Below, piece after piece: positions 57,901 through 64,000 of a stretch of DNA of 64,000 bases. The DNA comes from an uncultured virus (IMG/VR IMGVR_UViG_3300035686_000079) (lineage: Duplodnaviria > Heunggongvirae > Uroviricota > Caudoviricetes). The notes under the pieces are model-generated. The model worked only from the letters and a program-made list of their open reading frames with translations, was not told the origin of the DNA and ran no database searches. Made by a program: the position numbers and the translations under genes. The stretch lies in the IMG/VR virus record IMGVR_UViG_3300035686_000079, one strand, 5' to 3'. Numbering within the stretch: position 1 is the stretch's first letter; each line of letters starts with the position of its first letter.

Positions 57901-60900
57901 GATCGAAGGGGCAATTGAGAACCTTGATTTGCTGGGATTCACTTTACTTACCTTGTCTTCACTGCCGATGACACTGTTAAGGCAACTGGAAGAAGGGTTT
58001 GAACGATATATTCCACAACTAGGCTTTTTGGCAGCCAAGGGCATACCTAGAGCTATTTTGTTTGCTTTACCCAATCTAGTCGCCTTGGCTATCAGCACGG
58101 GACTGATTAAGGCGTTTGAGAGAGGGTTTAGTGATGCACTAGATGCTCTACCCAGTAGAATCAAGAGTTTTGTCGATCGTCTGTACGGATTGCTGACACC
58201 AGAGGTAGTCGGTCAAATCAACAAAGTTGTCAGTGCCACTGTCACGGAACTCGGACAAGCCATGCCAGAGGTGTTTGGCAAAGGGTTTACCTTTGAATTT
58301 AATTTAGACGACTTACGCCTAGGGATTCACCGATTTGTTGATGGTCCGTTGGTCAGCTTTATCGATTACCTACACAAGGTTGGCGATACAGCGAAAGAGG
58401 TGGGGGCAAATATCAAGGCGGTTATTGAGCCTCTACTGCGATTCAAATTAGGCGATATTATCCCACTCTTGTCGTTTCTACCACCGCTAATCCCTGCCTT
58501 CATTGGAATGAGAGCGGCAATTGATGCAATTATCAACCTAGCGGCATCACCTGCACTACAGGGGCTGTACAATTTTTTCTCTGGCTCGATATTACCTGCG
58601 GCACTTAAAACTCTGACTGCTATAGGCGCTGTAGTCGCCTACATTGGCGGCGCTTTGGTGCTGTATCCCGTCGCAATGCTGCAAGTGGCATTGCGTGGCG
58701 TAACCTCCGCTGTTGGAGCATTAATCACCCAAGTGCAGGTTCTTATTCCACTGTTACCGGAAATCGCCAGGAGACTGATTGAAACATTCGGTCGAGCAGT
58801 AGCACAGGTGATTCTCAATTCAGCTACAGCACTAGCTGGACTACTGCGACAAGTTCCCTATATTGGCGACGTTTTAGCTACAACATTAACCAGGACAGTT
58901 GAATTAGTCGTTTACGCCTTCCCCGTCTATGTGAATTTGATGGTTAAGGCGCTCAGCCCTGTGTGGACGGCATTTAAAGCCGTAGCTGGTGCCTATGGCA
59001 AAGTACTAGGAGACTTATTCAAAGGGATTGCTTACTTCGTTGACAAGGGGCTGAAACCACTAGGCCCAATTATTGCCAACGTACTAGACCCGCGATCGGC
59101 GTTTAAGTTATTGGGCTTGTACCTCCGCACGAAAGGATTCAAGGGGATTATTAAACCTGGGTTACTAGGGCTAAGCCCATTTGATCTACTCTTTTCTCCT
59201 ATAACCCCAAGGACGATCGCCTCTTACTCAGCAGAAGAGTTGAGTAAGCTACCTCCAGCCATGCTCAAGGCATTGGAGGCACAGTCTAAACGAGCTAATT
59301 TGCTCAAACCGTTCTTGGGTCCGATCGAATCTATTCGCCGCACACTCGTTGATGCACTAAAACTTGGATTCAGAGGGGCGGTCGATACGGCATTCCCCAT
59401 CAACATAATCAAGGCAAAGCAGGCAGAATATCTGAAAGTCCTAGCTAGTGGCCGAAGCCTTAAGATTGCCGAGCGCTACGGACTACCGCTAGCCGATCTA
59501 ATCGACACCCCGCTGGCAAACCTGGCCAAAGGCATCATGCTGATTTCGCCTTGGCTTCAAATCATTGGAAGAGCCGCAAACACGACATTATTCTGGTACA
59601 CAATCTTAAAACCCCTAGACAGGGAGATGTTGACGGCAATCGCCAACACGGAAGTCTGGGGTCACAAGTTAACCATAATTGCCGTAGCACTAGGAATTGC
59701 TCGCTTTGCTGTAGTTAATCTCACCGATGCCATATTCGGGCTGGCTAAATACATTCCAGTGGCTTTATTCGGAACTCTGGAGTTCTTTGACAAGCTGGGA
59801 ATCACTATCGGAGTTGTTACTCACGAAATTGTTGGCATCGGCTCTATCCTGGCAAATGTCATCAAGTTTTCAATTATCAACCCCCTGACCTTAATTCCCT
59901 TGGGCATAACAGCAGCACTTAATGGGGTGCTGATCGGACTGCGGGAAATGCTCAAGATGATTAAGGCAGAAACCCAAAAGTATGGGGATGCCATCATCGC
60001 GGCAATGCACGGTAATTTCCTGCCATTAGGTAAGGCGCTAGTTGAAGACCTGATCGTCACCCCGGCACGATTGGCAACGATCGCCTTTACCAATACGATC
60101 GGTCGTGTATTTAATTTGCTACTGCGTGGAGTTCGGGTAACAGTCGAGGAAATCGGAAGGTTAATTCGCCATCCGATTGCCGAAACCATGCGTTTGATCG
60201 GATTACTGGGTGGGGTGTTTTCTGATGTCCTAGAACAGGTCAATGTTTATATCAAGTTGCTGCAACTAGATAAACTGGCTAACTTCATCCGCCAAAACTG
60301 GATGCAGCTAACCCCTGTCGTAACAACGGCATTGAGATTACTAGGGGTAATCACTAACCTCCAGTTTGGTATTGGTGCATTAGTTGGAGTGACAGCATTC
60401 CTGATTCACGAGTACCAAACCGGATTCCAAACCATTAATTCAATTATTGAGGGATTGCAGCATCCGATCGATCTTCTCAATTCAGCACTTCAAGGCATGT
60501 TGGGGTTCTTGAATCTTTACATCAGTCCGGAAATGACAGGTGTGATTGCCAACTTAACAGCTGAATTCGTTCGGTTGCTGCCAGTGATTACGGGCGGCAT
60601 TTTCTTTGTGGCGTTACTAATCAAGCGCAACATTGGTGATGCCATCAATATGGTAGTCGGTGGCTTCTTGCGAGTCGTTGGGGAAATCCAACGCGCAATT
60701 ATGGCAATGGTTGGGTTCAAAGACAGTATTGTTGATGCTGCAACTAGTGCCAGGAGTCAGGTATTTTTTGGCGAGCAGGTTCATAATATCCGCCGACAGT
60801 CCACTTTTGGAGGATTGAAAAATCCCTTCGCTTACTCCAGAGACGCAGAACAGCAACGTAAGGGTGTTTACCTCGGTGAGCAACGAGTCACTAAATCTAA

Positions 60901-63900
60901 GGCGGCGTTAAGCTACCAGAAAGAGATCGAGAAGGCGATTGAACGAGAAGTCGAAAACATTAGAAAAGGGTACCTCAAGGCTGCACGATCGGGCGATGAG
61001 AACGAAAGGCGCAAAGTCCTAGGTGGGCAAGTTGCTAGATTGAACGCTCAGGGCGAGGTAGAAGAAACTCACACGATTAAACCTCTAGTAGAGAGGCAGC
61101 GTAACCGTTTTGGCATAGAAACGAACCAACTCACCGACCTAGGGGAAGATGCCGCTAGACGGATGGCTAGGAATGCGATTCAAGGTTCTACCGCTGAGGA
61201 ATACAGTAAAATTCGTCGAAATGCAGCAAGAGAAGCTGGGTTAGGCTCTGCATTTAAAGGGGTTGATCCCAATATTTCTACTGAAGATTATGACAAAGTT
61301 CTTCAGAAGCTTGCTCGCGGGGGAGAAAAAGAAGTTAGGGCGATGCTGAATGAGTTTCAAGAAGCTCTAGAAAACGCCCATATTCAAACCCAGAATGTCG
61401 ATACTTTGTATGTCAAAAAAATCGTAAGTGGTAGCGATCCAAAAACTCTCAAGTCTCAACCATACAACTACAAAGCATTTGACGAGCAGCTAACTGCATT
61501 TAAGGATGCTAAAGGATTAAGTTCTAAACAAAAATCATATCTAGATACACTTACGCCACTTGAGAGCATAAAAAATAACTTGATATCGGCGCAAAGGTTA
61601 AATAAAAACCGTTCGCAACAATTAAAAGACAGTGTTGGAACAGCACTCCAGCCCAGTAATTTCCCTGACAACGCGACTCCATCTTCTCAAGACTTCCAGA
61701 CTTTCCTTGCAAATAAAACGCCAGAGTACAAGAATGCATTAGACAAAGTTAGGACTGACGACATAGCTTACGAAAACAAGGTCAAAGAAATATTAAGTGA
61801 ACTAGCAATAGAACTTAATGAAGTCGTTTCATCTACAATCAAAGATTTTAAAGACTTTGAAGAGTTAAACAAGAAACTATTAGCAGCTGACATTCCTACC
61901 AGCGACGCCCAAATCTCTACAGGTATTAACGTCTTGTACGATGGCGTCAGAGACGTGGTCAATGACGCTCAACACGCAACTCAACGGGCAGAAGCGACTC
62001 GTAAATCAATTGGTGAATTGTTATTTGGTTTCACGGGTATCCCTCAAGTCATCGAAACATTTAAAGAGAACCGGAGAATCTACAAACGATCGGAGCAAGT
62101 AGCCCGTCGAGCCAAGCGTTTGGGCGACCAAGATAAAGAGGAGCTAGAGGCATTACTCTCTGCCAGACGCCGAGGTTTGGCGGCTTTGATGAGCAATGAA
62201 GGGTTTACCTACTCTGACGACTTCAAGTCAAACGCTCCACGAGGAATGAAGGAGTTCTTCAAGGAGAAGGGCATCGACACGAAGCAGCAGCAGATGCTGG
62301 AGAACTTTATAACGAAGACCAGGAAGTTGGAACGATCGTTTGCTCCAGCAGATGTTACCGAGACATTTAAAGCCCTGTCTGGGCTGGCAGGGAAATACAG
62401 GAGCGAGGTTGTCCGAGCGGAGGATGGATTAAGTGAAGGGATGTTCCGATTCCGTGAAGCTATCTCCAGTGCAGGTTTTGGTGGTGATGCCGAAAGAAGT
62501 TTACTTTATAAGTTACTGGAGAAAGGGCGTAGTGGCTTAACACCGCAACAAGACAAACAACTTGAAGAGGCATTCACTCGAATCGGCACAAAAATCGGAA
62601 GTGTTGAGCGAATGCAAGAATCCTTGGACAAATCAGGCTTAATCAACACCGCACTCCATATTATTAAAACAGGTAAATTGGGAGGCAGTATCGACGCCGA
62701 GCGCCTCGATCTAGCTAAAGCCCTAGGTGTCACTGTAGGGGCACTGAAGCGGATTGACAAAACTCCCCTGAATAACCCAATAGACCAGCTCAAAGCTAAC
62801 TTTGAAGTCTTTGTAGAGAACCTGACACGCCAAGCCAAGAAGTTCGACCGATCGATTGTCCACCAATTGGAAAACTTAGACAAAGCTCTCAACACGCAGC
62901 TGCTTATCCCCACACCTGTTGGCAAGCTCATCTCGCAACCTATTTTGTGGTTGTACACGAGTACCCGCGATCAGTTCCTTAAAGGGATTCGGGCAGGGGC
63001 ACCAATCCTTAGCTCGGTTGCCAGAGAGGCAAAAGATATATTTGGGTTCCCAGAGTTAACTAAGCAATTCCAGTCGATCCGCGCTCAATTTAGAGATGCA
63101 ACCAAGAGCAGCCTGCCGGATATTTTGGCAAGAAGTACGATTCCCGGCAAACGTCGGTATGGGAAGGCAACGCCGGAGCTGAGAGCTCAGTTTCAGTCTC
63201 GAATGATGGAGTCGCTACAAAAAACTCCTGACTATACTCCAGCTAAGGCGTCTCAGGTGATGGAAATCTTCCTGAAAGATGCCAAGGGAACTTCAATTGA
63301 GCAGCAACTTAAGAGCGCAGGCTTAGATCCCAAGGCGGTAGCTAAGTCCCTAGAAAAAGCACTAGGAGCGACTGAGGAACAAGTCAAGAAAATCATTGAA
63401 GACAATAATTACAGTGCCAAATTAGCGTACCCCTACCAAGTGTATTTCCTCAAAGGGTTGCCAGGGCTGATGGCAGGAGCCGCTAAGGACATCTGGAAGG
63501 TTACCAATAAGGTACTTGGTTTAGCTGGTCGAGTACTGGGCAAGCCACTGAGAAGCGTAGCCATGGACGTTATTGGCACGTTTGGGGTTGGTTTGGTAAC
63601 GCGGCTCTCTGAGTTTTCTAATAAACTAGGCGATCGCATCCAAGTTGGGCTTGAGAATTTAAGTCAGCAAAGTCGCAAACTGTTCGGACAAAACAATGTA
63701 TTTGAAAAAGTACTCAAGCGTTTTTCTGGTTTTCTAGGAAGCATGGGACGCCGCACGGGAGATTACCTATCGGAGCAAGCCAAGCAGTTACAGAGCAACC
63801 CAAAAACTAAAACTCAAATGATTATTGATGCCGGGATGCGACTGTTTCGAGGTATAGCCAATACCTTCGATGTAGCTCGCAAGGCATTGGCTAAACCCAG

Positions 63901-64000
63901 AGCATTATTTGGCAACTTATTTAACTCTGTTAAGCAGTTTTTTTCTAGCCTATTCAGTGGAAAGGAACTTAAGGAAGTTCGAGCGGCAAGGGAAAAAAGT
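54986..64000 (+). CDS. Very large tail tape-measure protein, truncated by the window end (at least 3005 codons; absent from the ORF track)
   Basis: ATG 54986 (MDDDFDQFGISALYSF...); the same frame is open at the window end (...RAAREKS) and the track reports no closed long + ORF here; TP901-like core (EPMEAAQELQQGLGTIAKL...DLAGAG), Ala/Gly/Leu-rich hydrophobic middle. Confidence 0.85.
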   Translation, partial: MDDDFDQFGISALYSFAIEKNAITNMQKVRGEIRALEDDFSQMIRAFEQGNFSAPIAKETATVKKSMQTVSTAAGQSADNMKLVRKAIAPLKQEFRALKAASSNITFGELNDDQQFKDASRAVKQYVRDLEALQQQIGGTTALEREFTEVLKRQQTIAQGRVDLAEAERRAARASQNLGSAQALQGAGKAILNTLSEPMEAAQELQQGLGTIAKLAGDISPQGLTDVKNEILGLSAAMATADTQVSSVFEDLAGAGKAFNDAIDPKTGRRAIQERMREVEQILKNKAALDITTGAATQLNITLGSIYKDSLPNYAGGVVEVNARAASSINELSDKLSDVRISAEDVIPVMNVVMNTIGDAANFPVDQIAAFSAAVSALGTIEPEAAGSFFNRFSAAISKNPAAFVEKLGYESAEAFDKALNEDKLDIIVRIAEQYKSINGELERGKFLGKGGLGIASAQDQKLIQGLSNNIKVLKEARVVAREGFYGEEGKELSVQAEFNRVIQTSAFQAERFNKTVTALKDTIGLAVQEAITPMLETLSNTMDFVLQLTQKFPGVTKAVSLGALAFGALAAAAGTAGVVLFSLEQAGAVATIALGSMERSMLPLTGFFQTAQTALSGTNPLETFFHNNTKLATDFGDAATLNFKETGRGLRALATQAISTGRAFVVLSRSIILSPLGIAIGSFILLNTLLEQVVPGFNLLGVVLGAIAAPFGFIYGLLKGLTESLLEFLGVTSGGTLGAIAPLFQTISNAIQVAAKSFMLFASSGERVGQALGHAIVFPFRFAGETIVNIWNKTIGAMRNILSPFADFVNLIGLLLVSFLAEASPGPTYWIRKKWTYTIDYLQGLFGHLVQSAASVGTRIRDTFTSIFPTTAISQEFTGIAGAATDSGNVIINGLGSAFRFIVGVLSAVIHAVDLVNKAFLNIGGNTTVDERIAARREIFSGFIKVLIGVGHAFVFVGKAIASFVQFEKQMIEGAIENLDLLGFTLLTLSSLPMTLLRQLEEGFERYIPQLGFLAAKGIPRAILFALPNLVALAISTGLIKAFERGFSDALDALPSRIKSFVDRLYGLLTPEVVGQINKVVSATVTELGQAMPEVFGKGFTFEFNLDDLRLGIHRFVDGPLVSFIDYLHKVGDTAKEVGANIKAVIEPLLRFKLGDIIPLLSFLPPLIPAFIGMRAAIDAIINLAASPALQGLYNFFSGSILPAALKTLTAIGAVVAYIGGALVLYPVAMLQVALRGVTSAVGALITQVQVLIPLLPEIARRLIETFGRAVAQVILNSATALAGLLRQVPYIGDVLATTLTRTVELVVYAFPVYVNLMVKALSPVWTAFKAVAGAYGKVLGDLFKGIAYFVDKGLKPLGPIIANVLDPRSAFKLLGLYLRTKGFKGIIKPGLLGLSPFDLLFSPITPRTIASYSAEELSKLPPAMLKALEAQSKRANLLKPFLGPIESIRRTLVDALKLGFRGAVDTAFPINIIKAKQAEYLKVLASGRSLKIAERYGLPLADLIDTPLANLAKGIMLISPWLQIIGRAANTTLFWYTILKPLDREMLTAIANTEVWGHKLTIIAVALGIARFAVVNLTDAIFGLAKYIPVALFGTLEFFDKLGITIGVVTHEIVGIGSILANVIKFSIINPLTLIPLGITAALNGVLIGLREMLKMIKAETQKYGDAIIAAMHGNFLPLGKALVEDLIVTPARLATIAFTNTIGRVFNLLLRGVRVTVEEIGRLIRHPIAETMRLIGLLGGVFSDVLEQVNVYIKLLQLDKLANFIRQNWMQLTPVVTTALRLLGVITNLQFGIGALVGVTAFLIHEYQTGFQTINSIIEGLQHPIDLLNSALQGMLGFLNLYISPEMTGVIANLTAEFVRLLPVITGGIFFVALLIKRNIGDAINMVVGGFLRVVGEIQRAIMAMVGFKDSIVDAATSARSQVFFGEQVHNIRRQSTFGGLKNPFAYSRDAEQQRKGVYLGEQRVTKSKAALSYQKEIEKAIEREVENIRKGYLKAARSGDENERRKVLGGQVARLNAQGEVEETHTIKPLVERQRNRFGIETNQLTDLGEDAARRMARNAIQGSTAEEYSKIRRNAAREAGLGSAFKGVDPNISTEDYDKVLQKLARGGEKEVRAMLNEFQEALENAHIQTQNVDTLYVKKIVSGSDPKTLKSQPYNYKAFDEQLTAFKDAKGLSSKQKSYLDTLTPLESIKNNLISAQRLNKNRSQQLKDSVGTALQPSNFPDNATPSSQDFQTFLANKTPEYKNALDKVRTDDIAYENKVKEILSELAIELNEVVSSTIKDFKDFEELNKKLLAADIPTSDAQISTGINVLYDGVRDVVNDAQHATQRAEATRKSIGELLFGFTGIPQVIETFKENRRIYKRSEQVARRAKRLGDQDKEELEALLSARRRGLAALMSNEGFTYSDDFKSNAPRGMKEFFKEKGIDTKQQQMLENFITKTRKLERSFAPADVTETFKALSGLAGKYRSEVVRAEDGLSEGMFRFREAISSAGFGGDAERSLLYKLLEKGRSGLTPQQDKQLEEAFTRIGTKIGSVERMQESLDKSGLINTALHIIKTGKLGGSIDAERLDLAKALGVTVGALKRIDKTPLNNPIDQLKANFEVFVENLTRQAKKFDRSIVHQLENLDKALNTQLLIPTPVGKLISQPILWLYTSTRDQFLKGIRAGAPILSSVAREAKDIFGFPELTKQFQSIRAQFRDATKSSLPDILARSTIPGKRRYGKATPELRAQFQSRMMESLQKTPDYTPAKASQVMEIFLKDAKGTSIEQQLKSAGLDPKAVAKSLEKALGATEEQVKKIIEDNNYSAKLAYPYQVYFLKGLPGLMAGAAKDIWKVTNKVLGLAGRVLGKPLRSVAMDVIGTFGVGLVTRLSEFSNKLGDRIQVGLENLSQQSRKLFGQNNVFEKVLKRFSGFLGSMGRRTGDYLSEQAKQLQSNPKTKTQMIIDAGMRLFRGIANTFDVARKALAKPRALFGNLFNSVKQFFSSLFSGKELKEVRAAREKS

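Larger units (their letters stand above)
1..64000. mobile_element. Segment of a large temperate cyanophage, prophage or phage-plasmid (both ends outside the window)
   Basis: Terminase, prohead protease, capsid, tape measure, tail proteins, phage-type methylases and many small ORFs; abundant GCGATCGC (HIP1); no host housekeeping operons. Confidence 0.9.

Noticed and set aside
54836..63639. Many short, mostly minus-strand ORFs in the track
   Set aside because: Shadows of the giant + strand tape-measure frame
1..64000. tRNA, rRNA, CRISPR array, integrase/att site, portal gene, reverse transcriptase
   Set aside because: None recognised by eye; they may lie outside the window or be too divergent to see without tools

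Overview
The whole window looks like part of a large temperate phage or phage-plasmid of a HIP1 (GCGATCGC)-rich cyanobacterium; no host housekeeping genes, rRNA, tRNA or CRISPR array were recognised. Virion genes are scattered: GpA-like large terminase with a divergent small-terminase-like gene, tail/baseplate and fibre genes, prohead protease/scaffold, major capsid, a tail protein with a peptidase M15 domain, and a >3000-codon tape-measure ORF that runs off the right end and is missing from the ORF track. DNA-metabolism genes include a beta sliding clamp, C5 and N6/N4 methyltransferases, a TGT/DpdA-like protein fused to DUF6884, and RadC. There are three TnpB elements and host-like regulators (a Pex circadian period-extender homologue and a REC-histidine kinase). 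The most unusual signals are non-coding or peptide-level: (1) three intact type I hammerhead ribozymes, each placed between consecutive genes, plus a decayed fourth absorbed into a CDS; (2) nine dispersed copies of a 24-bp palindrome, AACACCGTTCGATCGAACGGTGTT; (3) a C-terminal tag, LP(K/S)F(S/A)D(W/F)VE, shared by three unrelated proteins; (4) a pseudo-palindromic operator or leader, AGCAATG(C/T)AA(C/T), in front of about ten genes; (5) single genes flanked by long direct repeats. All protein family calls are from motif recognition by eye, not database searches.
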